Assembly: GCA_965202585.1 (NCBI GenBank)
Contig: OZ241831.1
Coordinates: forward strand, 19,344,001-19,408,000
Origin: Thalia democratica
Taxonomy: Eukaryota
Reading direction: 5' to 3'
Length of the DNA: 64,000 nt
The translations under genes were made by a program, and so were the position numbers. Below the pieces are notes generated by a model that saw only the letters and a program-made list of their open reading frames with translations, did no database searches and was not told the origin of the DNA. Shown here in pieces: positions 1 through 15,100 of this stretch. Numbering within the stretch: the first letter of the stretch is position 1; each line of letters opens with the position of its first letter.

Positions 1-185
1 AGTCCGGTTTGCGAAATATTTTTATGGTAAACCTGGCTTGCTGGTTAGAAAATTTGCCCAACCCTAGTATAGGGCAAATAACTAACATATAGTCTGTGTA
101 GAATTTTATTCTAAAGTAATCTTTATAATTGCATTTTATAAAAATATTTCATATAGAAAAAGCTAAGTGCTTAACTTATACTTAC

Positions 186-3100
186 CTTGTGTATTCAGGT
201 GGACCTAGATACGCTAGCAACGATACCATTTTCTCGTACGGCTTTTTTCCTACTAACTTAGCACTCCTATGAAACAAAAATTACAGTTTCTAAGTTAATT
301 ATCAAGTATTACAACATAAGCGCTTTAGAGTAATAATTTAAAAACCTTTTTGAACTTTTTCAAAACAGAGTTTCTTTTCTGTAAACCGTTTGAAGTATAG
401 ATAAAACTTTACCTTTTTTTATCTAAGCTTAAACGAAATTAATTTAAGTTTTATTTATTAAATGCTTAGTATTTCATCAAGGAGTGATAGTTTATTTTAA
501 GATTGACTAAAGTGATATATAAATATATATAACTTTTATTTGAAAAAAATTTAAAAAATTTATTTAATCTAATACTTAAAAAAGCTTTTTAATGAACACA
601 ACATATACTGGTATACCTATTTTTAGCAAGAAAGTTTCCAATGTTGCTCTGCTCATTCCACAGAAGCCTATGCAGTGCAGTTATGTTACTGTCATCTACA
701 TACACTGGTTTGTGAGAAGTTGTCTCATTTGAAGCTGACTCGGATGTTGAAATTTGCACGAAAAACCTTGCATAATTCAAATAATTACGCCAAATACTTA
801 AATATGTGATATACTTAAAAATATGTAGATAACAAGTTTTTAAACAATTTCTTTAGATAACATCTCGCGTTCAGTTGACTTGTGTGCTATGTTGGTCGAA
901 TTTAAACTTTAAAACTGTTACAAAAACATTGAATTCAAGATAAAACTGTATAAAAAGGTACATGACATCAAGAAAAAAGAAGTACAATAAATATATTTAC
1001 ATAAAAACTATAAAATTTATCTATATTTTTAAAACTGCATGCAAATAAATTTAGTTTTATTAAAACAAAATACATCAAAATAACTGTAACAGGGAAAAAA
1101 GTATTCTAATCGTCATGAAATCACCTTATTCTTAAAAAATATTAAAGCAAAAATAAAAACTGACTGTTGGCAAGCGTCGAATCTTTTACTAACAAATTCA
1201 TTAAAATACTTCATATGCTCTTCTTTGGTGAAGATCATGTGGTTTGCAATTGTTTGCAAAATCTGTTTTTGTTTAAAAAAATAAATTAAAATAAATAGGA
1301 GAAAAGCACTTTAAGATAATTGGCAACTAAGGTTTATATTTTGTTTAACAAGGAGAAGTATGTCTTAAATATATGTTTTTCTTTTTTTCAATGTTTAAGT
1401 AGTATATCATAAAAGCTTATACTAAATACCATAGTAAGTTTACTGAATTACAAAAAAAGCTTTATGTACAGTTTTATTTTTGTAACACAATTAAACCAAG
1501 TTTTAGTACAACAAAAAGTTTTTTAAAGGATTTCCAATATTATGATTTACATGAATAAAAACAGCGAATACGTTTTTTCAATATTTGTAAAGTTGTTCAT
1601 GCAGCGATTAAAGTACAGGATTCAAAAAAGTATATGATAAAAAAACTTTATATGTTAACTAAAAAATATTTTTTTAATATTTTGATTTTTTCATAACTAA
1701 CAACTTCTTTTTCAAATTAAATGCACTTAGTAGATTACTTTAGTTTTTTTTATCGTTAACAGGAAACAATATTTTTCTAAAAAATTTACTGGTCCTGTAT
1801 TGAAAACAAACAAATTTAAATAAACTTAATTTTCAATTGAAACAACTACACACTGAACAAGGTACGAATTAAATAATTTTAGATATACTTTGACTATATA
1901 TTTATAAAAATAATTTATATTAAATGAAGAAATAAATACTAAGAAGCGCCTTCTTAATCAAATAACTTTTACAAATTTATACGTAAGACATAAATAAAAA
2001 AACTACATTTCAACGAGTAAAAAGAAAAGTTTTCAAATTTAAAGACTTAAAAAACCATAAAATTACCAATAAGTACATTTTAATTAGTGATGTACCGGAT
2101 CCGGACTTTTTTTTTCAAATTAGGATCCGGCCGGACCCGGATAGTTATTTCAAATTAGGATCCGGCTGGAACCGGATCTTTTTTCATATCAAGATCCGGC
2201 CGGATCCGGATATCAGACAAAAATGGCAATATCCGGCCGGATCCGGACCGGATCTAGAATATAAATATACTATATTTTATTTAGGGAAATTTAGGGTTTT
2301 TTTTTTGGAAATTTGCAAAAATCTAGGGATATCTAGGGATATGGGAACCTTGTAAAGTGAGAATAAACTAGCCTGAGTCAGAATAAGTTTTTAAAAACTG
2401 AAAAAAAAAACTTTAATCTAATAATAAGTAGAAAATCACAAATTATTCATTCAAAATCATCATCATGATCAAAATTAAGATCAGCTCAAACTCATTCAAA
2501 ATCTAAAAGAAAACTAGCCTGAGTTTTTCAAATAATCTTAAAACTAGCCTGAGTTTTTATAAAAAACTAAACTAGCCTGAGGCAGCCTAAGGTTTTCAAA
2601 AATTCCCAAAAATTTTCAAACTAGCAGGGTTGCCACTGTTTAAGTCAAAAAAAAAAACTAGCTTGAGTGAGTATAAAGTAGCCTGAGTCAGAATAAGTTT
2701 TTTAAAAATTGAAAAAAAAAACTTTAATCTAATAATCAGTAGAACAGCTAGCCATAAGGTTGACAATTTGATAGTAAAGTTTTTAATTTTACAACTTAGG
2801 TGAAGAGTTGCATTTCTGAAATGTTTATTTCATAATTTCATTTCACGTGTACAATATGAGCCAATCACGGTAGGTGTTTAATTTTAACTGACGAAAATGA
2901 CTCTTTATAATTTACACAGATTTTGTTTTTGAAAAAATACTTTTCTGTATGCTCTTTTATACTAACTAGATCCGAATCGGCCGGATCTCTATTAGGATTA
3001 TTCTTTTTTTTAAATCAAGATCCGGCCGGATCCGGATATCAGACATTATTTATTTATTATCCAATATTGTTTGAACTGATTAATTTCGTATAGATCTGCT

Positions 3101-6100
3101 CATACAAACGTAAAATTACTTTGCACATTCCCTTGTATCCACGCAGCAAGCCGGGTGGAAGCTTTTTATCGCACAGCCCATTTTCAAAGGGGTTGACAAT
3201 GGCGGGGTTGAGGAAGCGAAGGAAGATGGTGCTCGCTAGCGCTCCGGTGCCCTTGTCCGGAAATCTCTGTGAAACAACCTGGTACAAGCAGTGACACACG
3301 CTCTTCAGCTGCGGAGGAAATCTGATGACATTTTAGGTTTTAGTTTTCGAGTGTTAATGAAAATGTGAGATCATTGCAAGTTTAAAAAAAAAAGTTTTTC
3401 TATGTGTATTAAAACAGATTTCTGTTTTTTTTTTAATTTTAATTGTTTAAGGACTAAAGAATATAACTGCGTTGTTACTAAAAACATTTTACATTATTAA
3501 ATAAATATACAAATAATGTTATAAGTTAAAACTGGAATACGACCAATGTTTTAAAAATCTTTTAAAATATCAAACAGTTTTTATTTTAGTTATACTGTTT
3601 TTATGAAACGTACTTTGTTAGTATTAAGGTTTTAGTTCAAAATCAATTAGTTCTAAGTAGTACTTAAATAAATTTCATAAGCAACTTAACAAAGTATAAA
3701 ACTAGTTTTATTATTACAAGCACTACTTAAACTTTTAATAAAATTAAAAAAACTACTACAGTAAGTCGTTTTTCCAAACTAGACACAACAAAAAACTATG
3801 CTTGATGTACAACAGCAAATTTTCAGCGAAAAAAGCAAAGTTTTAGACAAAACTATTGAAATAAATTCCGTTAAAAACTTCAATTAACTTGTCAGTGGAT
3901 CTCATTATACAGGTGAAAAATCTGTCAGCAAGACGCTGCAGGTTGTTTCGGCATTCCTGCAAATTTGCACCTTCACTGCTCGTTCTTCGCTCGTCCACCT
4001 ACAATTATGACAACTTCAGTATTTTTGATTATTTTTTAAATTAAGTAAACTAGAAAAAAAAACTTTGGAAATGAAATAAACTAAATTCAACCGTAGCAAC
4101 TCAACTGCTCTTAATATAAAACACTTTAAATTATTTAAAAATACTGTTTTTACAGTTTTTTATGCTTTGTTTTCAAAATTTTTTCATTAATACAAACAAT
4201 CTAAAAGCTTGATTATTGTTCAATAGGTGAACAAAAGACAAAAAAAAACTTCAAAAAAATAAAACTGGAGTTTCAGCCGGCTGAAGTTGCTTTAGAAACA
4301 TGAAAAAGCGGATTAACTGGGCGCCATGCTTCGACTTTTTGCGATCCCGAACAAACTCCAAACAAACACAATTACGTGCGCGCGCGAGACAAAGCTTTTC
4401 GCTTCCCTTTCTCCCCAGCAAGTCAGATATCGTGTGCAGGCGGCAAGTAGGAAGTTATTTGCATAGGAGAGGTGGGGAGAAAGCGGCGCGCAGCTGGAAA
4501 ATTTAATGGCGAACTGGAATGGCATTGAAGCAATCAAGCACTTGTTTCCGCTTTGAATTAGTTCATTGCAAGCCACTCGAAACACATTTAATTATTCAAA
4601 AAAGAAAAACGATTCGACTACACACAATAATATACGACTGCTTTCTTTAAAGTATAACTATAATAAAACTCTTAAATAGCATTAAACATTTAACACACAT
4701 AAGGAAGAATTCGTTTAGGGTATAAAAATGTAAAATTGCTTAAAAAAAAGTTAAAACATGTTAATTTTAAACTTAAACAATTGACGATTTTTTTAACAGT
4801 TTTTAACATCTTTTACGATTGATGTTTTATTAGGAAACGTTTAATTAATTTAAAAATATATCAAAACAACCAAAAAAAATCGGATAAAACATGTACATAT
4901 AATCACTGATAAAAGATTGTAAGTATTCACTAAACAATTACAAAAAAAGTCTAACAACAAAAGCTTTTTTATGGTTTAAGTAAAGTAAACATGATTAGTA
5001 ACTAAACTGACCTCAAAGTTGAGACCTGATATTTCGGGGGTGAGAGACCAAGCGACCAGAGGTTCGAGCAAATTGTGCAGGTAGCTGGCCCCGTAAACTT
5101 TGAAACAAAAAGTGGTTATTTTGCTTGCAAGGGTGCTACCCCTAAACACAGTGTGAACACCTACGTCCTCAACCTGCGAAAATATTTGATTTAAAGTTAT
5201 GTGGTGTATGAAAGTTTTTTAAAAAGTTAAAAGAAAAGGCCTAGTAAGATAAAAAAATTAATAAAACAAGTTTTAAAACTTATTATAATTGAAACAGTTG
5301 GAAGACCAATAAATAAACTCAATTTACTGAACAATTGTGTTATGTTAAATTTAGTTTACTTTATTATGTTATCAAAAAGTATAACAACAACTGCATTCAG
5401 TACAGTAACAAACCTCTTTTGAAAACATATTCCACAACAAATGATACAGCAGATGTTTTGCATCAAACAAAATCACAAAAACGCGAGCTAATTCGTCCTG
5501 AATAATCAAGTTAAAGGCTAAAAAACAAGAAATCAAAAAAAGTTCAAAAATTTAAACTTTAATAAAGCTAATAATTTTTAAAACTATTACTTATATAAGA
5601 ACATTAGTATATATTTTTCCTAATCTTAACTTTTTGGCTTCGAAAACTCTATACATTGCTTTTTTTAAAGAGTTAAGCAATTTAAGCAAAAACTGAATAG
5701 CGATTATTACTAATGAAAAAATTAAAAATTACACATTTATTATAGAGTAAAAACTGATCAACTAATAGTTTAAAAGCAAGTTTAAATAGATTACCAACAG
5801 TATGAAATGCTCTATAACAAATATGAATCAAATATTAATTACCTGATTGTACATATGAACCACGTTCGCTAACGCGTTTGCAATAGGTAATTCCCCATTA
5901 TCACCGAGCATTGTGACTAGCTCCACCAAGCGCTGGAACCTGTAAGTTGTGATGGTCGAGTGCAAGGCATCGAAACAACTCATCCCTCCCACTTCCCCCT
6001 GACGCAGTATCCTTGTGAGCACCTCCAACAGTGCAGTGCGAGTCCTAATGTCCCGTTTGTATGTCAGACCTGAACCAAATTGGTTTTCAACACGAGTATT

Positions 6101-9100
6101 ATTTAAAGTGCGCACATATGCACAACATTGTGCCTTTTTTTATTTTGTGTAGAAAGCTTTATGTAGTTATTTAAAAAGTAAATAAACATTTTACCTTTTT
6201 CGTCAGCTTAGAAATACTTTTGTTATTATTAACTATGTAATTTTATTAGGTCTTATACCAATAAGCCTACTTAAATCATCAAAGTTCTTTTTTTTTTGTT
6301 CTAGTTTTTTTAATCAGATATTTTTTATTGATTTATTTAGTACAGCTTCTAAGAAGTCCGAAAACTACTGAGCAATAAAACGGACTCGATTAAATAATTT
6401 CAGTTTCTTTAAAAATATTTCGCTTAAAAACTTTTCACAAATTAGATTTGAAATGTATAAACTCAAATACAGAATTAACTAAAAGGTAATGGCTCAGTTT
6501 CAATCAAAACATCTATTTTACAGTTTAAAAAATTAGTCCTATCAAACAAAATTTACAAACTTAACGATTTATTGTAACTGAAATAAGTTGATATAGCCTA
6601 AACTAAGTATTATAAACTTAGAAAACAGCTGTAATAATAGATTTTTTATATTAAACTTAACTAGCCTTTTACAAACTACAAAACACAAGTATAATTTAAT
6701 TTCACTAAAAAATTAAACTTCAGTTCACTCTCCAGTCAAATTTATATTAAATACCAAGTATACAAACTACTCTTCATTGTTATCAGTTTACATAAACTCA
6801 AAATTTACTTGTGCAGTTCGGACTAGTTCAAACGGAAGTCTATCATTACAAAATTTATAAAACTCGATCAACAGAGAATTCAAAGCGCTTACTCATAGCG
6901 TGATCGATTCCGTGCTCGATATTCGAACTAAGCAGATTGCACAGCGTTGTCACGGTGAATTTTGCCGTTTTGCTGTCGTTTTTCACTTGTGTTTTGTGAG
7001 GCAGTAAGTTCATAAATATGGTGAAGTATCTATGTGTTTGTAAAAGTAATTGTTGCAATGTGAAGTTGCTCGAAAAATATAGATTCTTTACTTTCTAAAT
7101 ATTAGCTGTTTAGTCAGAAGCTAATACCAGTTTAATAATATAAAATAGCTTTATTAGATAAAAAAGTTAAAAACAAACTTAAAACAGATTTTATAGGAAA
7201 TAAAATATGTCAAGTTAGTATATAGTAAACACTTTTTCTATATTTCTAGGAAATAAAATAGGAAATTTATAGGAAATGAAAATGTTAAGCTAGTATATAG
7301 TAAACACATTTTCTATATTTCTACGAAAAATATAAAGCACTCTCAACTCACTAAAATATTACTACAGTCACATAAACTAGTCATAAAGTTAGTAAAAATA
7401 AAAAAAGTTAATAAAAAGTAATGTTTGACCTACATTTGGTTACGGTATTGATCTTTGATTAAATTCACATATTACATGTAAACAACATTAAAAATATATT
7501 GCATACTAAAAATAAAAATTCTGTCAGTGAAATTTTGTAGAAGTTTAGTTTTAACTTTTGAAAAGTTTTATTTAGACTCATTAAGTTACTCTTTTCTCAT
7601 TTTATTTATATTTTGGTACGTTATCAAATGATTAAACGGTAAATAAGAAAGAGTAAATTAAAATCGTCATCAAAACTTATTGGGTATAAAAACATCAGAT
7701 TTATTTTCTTTATTTATAAAAAATACCTTAAAGTCAAATGTACAGAAAAGACCTAAATATTTTAAGCTAATTTGAAGAAAGAAACAATAAAAACATTTAG
7801 TGGTTATTTTTATGTTTAGCTGTATTTAAAATAAATTTTATAAAACAAACTCTAAATATTACCAATTTTATTTGAAGTTTATATTTTCTAACTTCTTTGA
7901 GAAAGCTTATAACATAAACCATATTTTTATACATTAATTCTAGTTCTATTAAAAATATGGATAATAAGATTAAACAATAAATTTTTCTAAAAAATTTAAT
8001 TATATATTAATCAAAGGAGAAATAAGTAATTGTAATAACTTTCAATTATTTAGTTTCCTGCGAGGTTTGTGTTTTAAAATAATAGTTGTTTGTTTTTTAT
8101 ACAACAAACTTGCTAAATAATTGCTTCTTCATTTTAGAAAAGTCTCCACCATCAAAGTCATCAGGTTGTAGCGGCAAATTTTGAAGTAGGAGACTCAGTG
8201 TACGCACTAACGACTCTTCCGTTAACGTACTACAAATTAGTTTGTTAGTAAAAATTAATTGCGGATTATTTTAGTTTAGAAAGGCTTAAATACTTTAAAT
8301 TTAGCAACATATCTGATTTAGTAAGCTTAAAGCAATTTGCATTTTGTTACGTAAACCAAAACTATGAAGACAAAAAGATTTTGATTACATTGCTTCTTTA
8401 TTTACTTACTGCATTATATTTTTATCATTTTTATTATAATTTAGTTTTTATATGGGTTATTTTCTATGTAAACTACTGAAGAAAATAGCAAATTGTGTAT
8501 AATTTTTTGAATTGAGTTTTTTTTTTTTAGTAGACTTAAACATTCAAAACTCTCAAAAATAGGGTTAAACAAAAGAATTAATTTCTATTGGAAAGTAATA
8601 TAAAGACTAGCAAATTATATATAATTCAAATTGTCTTGAATTAAAACTAAGAAATTATTTTTAAAAATTAAATCCACATAATAAATTTTATAAGATCAAA
8701 AGTTAGATCTCCATCACTATTTCTAGCTGTTCTAAATCCAATCATCAATTTATTAAAAACTTTTAAATACAACTAAAAGTGCGTAAGACAATAATCATTA
8801 TTACAAGTACAACTAAATTTAGAAAGTAAAGACTTTCCTAATAAATTACGATTTATTACATATATTTCTAACAAACTTTTCAACTTCATCATTTTCACTT
8901 TGGTCATCCTCTTTAGTGTTTAACCAATTTACTAATATATCAACCAGCTTGTTCTTAAAACGAACTTCAGAAAGAAAGAAAAAGTTTTTCTTGTTTGTAA
9001 ACATCTATACAATTTTTTTAATGTAATTTACAGGGTTTAGTAAATTGATTTTTAAAACTGAAACCGTTGTTTAGAAGTTGTAAATAACTTAAAGCCAAGA

Positions 9101-12100
9101 ACAATATTTGAAAACTTATAATTTTAGCAAGAACCATTAGAAATTATATTGAATTAAACATAAATTAAATTTCTTTAATAAATATCAATGCTTTTATACC
9201 CATTATACTTCATTTCAAAGGTCAAAACCTAAATGTTTTATTTAAAACGTTCAATATTTAAAGGTCAAATCACATCGGAAAAACAAATTTTAATATAGCA
9301 TTTTTCTTTGTTTACGATTATCGGGCAGTTTCATTGTTGTTGAAAAGCTGGCTTAAAAACTTACTTATTAGCGTGACAGAAAAAAATTAAAAATTTTTTT
9401 CACAATATTTTAAAATAAAAACTGACAAATAATTGTTTAAATAACAAAGAATAATATCAATCAAAAATATTACTTACATGAAACAACATTTCACTGACTA
9501 AATACTTTGACTTCATTGTAATCTCACAAGGTTCCATAAGTCTTATGTACCTATAACATTAATAGTAAGGCCATCGTAAACAGTTCTTCAATGTTAAGTA
9601 TCAATATTGATTTATATATTTTTGTTTTTTTCGTAAAAATACTTTTAAGAATTTGCTGAAACATTTTAATAAGCAATGTACATTCAGGGTTACCAAATGG
9701 CTTTTGTAAATTTTTACCAGGTTTGAAAAATACAAGGTTTTTGGTCCCTTTTTTAGTATAGAATCAAAATTAAGCTTAAAAATGTCTTCAATAGTGTAAG
9801 AACATTGGAAAGATAGTGTAAACCTACCATAAATGCGTTTTTTAAAGAAGAAAAAATTATGATACAATTTTTTTTTTCTGTTTCATAGAATTTTTGTATC
9901 TAATCGAAATTTCGCTGCTTTATATGTAAAAACAGTTTAAAATTCAAGGTTTTCCAGTTTTTTTTTTGCCTAACTTGTCAAGTTCCAGGTTTTTCCATGA
10001 TTCCAGGGTTATTACTATACACTTTAGTATAACTTATAAAATAGCATAGCAAGTTACCTTACAATGTGAAGTATTAAACTTTCAATGCTGATTTCATTAA
10101 AGAAAATTTCCGCTGATTCCATGGAGTTCATAGAAATATTTTGCAAAATTATAACAGTATTTTGTACAAAGCGATCATTAAATCGATTTAATACAACCTG
10201 TAATGTTGAAATTTAATTAGAAGCTGTTATAGTTGAATTCAAGTTTTATATTTACTAAAGGTTTTGTAAACTTTATTCGTTTTTGTTAGTTTTATTTTTA
10301 TAGTTCTAATACAAAAAAAAAACAATAAAACAAAAATCCAAACTCAATAGTTAATGTCGGTATAAAATGTTTAGATAAAACAAAACTAAAACAATTTTTA
10401 ACTTTGTTGTCAAACACTGATTTTAACAGCATAAAAAATAATTGTACTTATGAATAAATTACAACTAAACATAAGTGTTCGTCGTGAACATTCTCATTAA
10501 AATACTAACTTCGTCTGCTGCATTATAGACATTTGTCTCAATAATTTCATTAAGTAGTGAAAATAAGCAAGGGTAGAGAGAGGGATGAATGTATTTTCCT
10601 AAAATCGATCTGTTAATTTATATTTTTATTTATTTACGACTACATTATTTTCATTATAAAACTTTTTTTTGCAAATATATCATTTAAGTTTTATGCTTCC
10701 ATAAGCTTAAAAATACAGTATTGTAAATTAATTAATTAAATTTATACAACAGTACAGAAAATGGCAACAACTAACACAATCATGTTAGTGAGGTCATTGG
10801 TTTTGCAGCCATTGTACATTTGGTGAATGAGACACCGCAGACACTTTACCACATTCTGGTACGAAGGTGAAGTTGCATTGTAGTCTACAAACGTGGGTCG
10901 GTTGATCGGGCAGCTTTTGTTGTGACGACTCGTTAGCACTGACGACGAGGTGAACTGCTGGTGGGTGCTTGATGATGTTGAACTCAGTTTTCCTCGAGTG
11001 TAGTTAACAAGGGTGGGAGGTCTAAGTTTAGTTCGACTGATTAATTCAAGAGTAAGTAATTTTGTTAAAGTTCACGCGTCAAAGTTTTCAAACTCAAGAG
11101 CTAAGACAAATATACTTTGTATGATCAGTTAGCTAGTTGTTTAGAAGTACTTTGCAAGTATTTGAGTTGAGAAATCAAAAGTTTGTGGTTTTTTAATCAA
11201 ATTAGCAAAAGTAGTTCCAAATAATTTTTTGTTAGAAATTTTACCCTAAAAACTTTTTCTTAAGAAAAATTCTGGTTATAAAATATATAAACTTGTTAAC
11301 GCCATAAGGAGGTATAACACATTTTTTTACGAAAATTAACTTTGGCTTTTATATGAAAGCTTTCAGTACAAACTACAAGCCAGTTTTTATAGAATTCAAA
11401 AAATAATTTAACTTTTGAAATATTTTATTTTTTGTAAAAAGTTTCCGGTACAAACGTATGGACCGCAAACTTTTCGGGGTCAATTTTCTCAGAAATTTTA
11501 AAAATCATAAAAAATCTATCTACTTCTTCATTTTCAAGCAACCTTCTTCAAATTTTCAGGATATGTTCTTTATATTAAAAGAAAAAAACTTTACTCATGA
11601 ATTTTAATAATTAAAAAAAAAACATATTATAAAAAAAAAAGTCTTTCTTTTTCAGAAAAAAAATTCTTTACAAAAATCTTTTTTAAGTCCAAAGTAAAGT
11701 TTTTTTATTATTGTACAAAGATTAGACTGTAAAAGTTTGAAGAAGATTGCTTAAAAATGTAGGAGATAGATTTTAAATAAAATAGTCTTTTTTCGCTGTT
11801 TTAGTTTTCCCTTCCTGTAGGGAACCTATTATGCAGCCCGACTTTGACTGGTTGTATCTCAAAAAACAATTCGAATTTTTTAAAACGCTAAAAAGCATCT
11901 TGAAGCCTAGAAACAACTCTTTAAAATAAGATCAACTTGTAAAAAAGATGGTTACCCCCCTATGGCCTTAAATTCTTTTAACGTTTGTTTTAAAAATTTG
12001 CTAATTTTTATCTTTAAAATACAATTACAAAAGACTTCAATCTTTCATTAACATTTCTTTCAATATAAAATACAAATGATATAATGTGTATTTAATCTTA

Positions 12101-15100
12101 CAATTCTAATTTTTTACTCCCAAGTTACTCTAAAAAAGTGTGATTCAAAAAAGAATAAATTTCTTATAGGACTGTTTATTTTAAACTATGTTAGAAATTT
12201 AGTTTATCAAAACATACTAACTCAGGTTTACTAAAATTAATACAGGCACCACTTAAAGAGCACAAATATTTACTCATCAGTTCCCATTCTTCAATGTCTT
12301 GCTGTTAAATTACAATAAATTTAAGTCTGTACATATAATAAACCAAAACGAAACAAATATTTTTAGATTTTTTATCAAGTAAAATTAAGTTGTTATGTTT
12401 TTAAAACGTTTTAATAATTGTGAATATAACATTTAACATTATTTTCTGCTGAAGTCTTTTATATTAACTATTGTTTTAAAAATTTAGACATAGTTATAAA
12501 ATTTAGACCTAAAAAAAAACTGATTTTATTTAACAAGCTACAAATAAGAACGCATGTTTGCTTGAGGAAATAAAGTTATTTTTGCACATTTTAAGTACGA
12601 CGCTAACTATAAATAAATATCTCATTCTCACGTGAGTCAACAAAGATTTTTTGTTGTTTTTGTTTTCTTGTTGACAGGAAGGAGAAGTTGTGTTTGCATC
12701 ATTCGAATCCCAACAAGCTGCAAACTTCCCATTAATCACAAAATTTGTTTTGCTCTCCCATTTTACACGCGTATTCTCCCATGCCTGTTACATAAAATAA
12801 AATCTTCCATTTTTATTGCTTTCCGTCGTTTAACAACCAGTACTATAAAACTGTTCTAACTTATTGTTACGTTGTCGACAAGTTTTATACTTCTACTTTA
12901 TAAGCAGTTCTTACTTAACAAAAACTGTAAAAATATTATGCAAAACTGTTATTTTATTAATACTTTATATTATTTAACGAAAAATTAAATTAAGTAAACT
13001 TTATTCAACTTGATTAGTCACAAAGTTTATAAGTTTAACTTTAAAGGTTCTTCAGAATTTACAAGAGACAATAAATAACTGAAACACAAATCTGAGATAG
13101 TATTAAAAAGCAAAATACTCACCATTAATTATGTTTAATCATTTATTAATACTTAACTATTACAGTATTAAGTTAGGTTTGGAAAAAATAACAACTTTTA
13201 AATACAACTAAAACTAAATTAAGCAGAAAAAATTAGATCTGAGCTAAATAAAACCTAACAAAACACAAAACGAAAATTAAGCAAACAAACTAATAAAGCA
13301 CACACATACGGAGATGAAAAGTAATCAAAAATAAGTGAACCTAAAAGTAAAATGTGGTCTTATAGATATCAGTTATCTTCTTATATTTAATTATTTTTGT
13401 GTACTGCTTCGGCAATAGCAAAATATTAACGAGAAAATAATTTGTTAATGTTTTAAAAGCTCAAAAAGCTATGACTATTATGCACTTACTTGGTACGTAG
13501 ACTGTGAAAATTTGTAAGTTTTGCGAAAAACAGAGAAAACTTGTTCATGATAGTTCTTGTCGACTTTGGTATGCGTCAGAGATCCGAGCATGTTGTATAT
13601 TTCATTTTCAGGGGGAAAACTACGGCCAGCAGCAAACTCATTGAAAGACCACCTGAATTTTATTTTAAAAAAATTGCTTTGAAAATAGAAACATGATTAA
13701 GGATTAAAATCATAAATGTTGTTAGTTTTTAGTGAGTTTAATCTATAATAACAAATAAGTAAAGTTACTATTTTTAAGTTTGATTTCTATTTAATTGAAA
13801 ACAAAATAAAACTAAAAAAATTAAACTTGTAGTTGAACAGTTTCTAAAATAACCTCAAAACAGCTTCTTCGTGTAAGTTAAGAAGGCAGGTTAAAGTCGA
13901 ATGCACAATCTCAACATCAGTGTGGTGTAACAGTTGCAACAATATGGTTTCAAGATTACCCTTAAGTATTCAACTTTTTAACAAATGATATACAAGTTTG
14001 TGAACGACTAAAGATTTTGTAAAATCAGTAGGAATGTAGGGTTTTATGTTAACAAACTTTTAGGAAACTCTTAACGCAACTATACAAACTCGAAAAATTA
14101 AAAAGGTTTAGATTTCATATGTTACTTAATTAATATACACATATATGTATCTAAAAGTGCGCTTATACACAATTTAAGTATTAGAAAATGACTTTATAAC
14201 TTGTAAATGAACAAAATTAGTTTTTTGTACACCTTAACTTTATACAATTTAGCCACAATTATTCTATAAAATTCTTTCAAAGATTCCTAAAGCTCTTTAA
14301 GAACTAAAAAAGATTTTATTTTTGCATAATTAAAATGTAAACTTAGGGTTTAAAAACTTAAACTGTGTTCAAACATTTTTATTTTGCTTAAAACTTATTA
14401 TTGTTTATTAAAAATAAGTTGATACTAAACTCGATTTTTATAATTTACACTTAAGATAAGAATGTGAAACCGTTTGACAACGGCCTTATTTTAAACGTAT
14501 GTAAGTGATGTTTAACAACGAAATAAAAAGGAAAATATTTTATGTATAACTTAAACAATGTACAAGAAATTTTAAATATAAAAGCCACAAAAACAGTAAC
14601 AATAACAAAAGTCAAAAAAACTAAATTGTAAAAACTAATCATGATTACAATAAAATAAATTAGGTGTAAATTTTTCCTTAAGACAAAAACCAATTTTAAC
14701 TCTTAAACGTCATAAATATTTGATTAGCTGTAAACATTTATGTTTGAACCGTTTAACAACATGATAAATTTTTACGCTTAACCAATTAGTTATAGTTTTT
14801 TTTTTTTATTAAACCAGTAAAGCATGATTTCTTAATTATATTTGTCAAACTACCCATGTTTTAATGATCTGCTCTGCGTTCTTGTTGATTGCATGAAAAA
14901 CGTTTGGATCTTGCTGAGCGCTAACAAACTCGAATCTGCACGCGATTATTCTGTGGAGCCAGTTCAGCGCGTGTCTGGCCACTTCTATCGAAATCTGATC
15001 GTTGTTCATGAAACAGTCGCAAAATTTTTCCACCACTTGAGTGCTGTGAATGTCAAGATTTTTGAAAGTTTAATTTTTTAAAACAAATTCAAATTGTAAA

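Noticed and set aside
1-66. Candidate further NF1 exon at the window edge
   Set aside because: The translation does not match the expected NF1 continuation. TAGGGTTGGGCA resembles the MITE termini seen elsewhere in the window.
14842-15081. Plus-strand ORFs 12632-12859, 14842-15081, 35590-35775, 36547-36768 and 49987-50199, and minus-strand ORF 31220-31444
   Set aside because: They are antisense shadows of real NF1, midnolin or phosphonatase exons.
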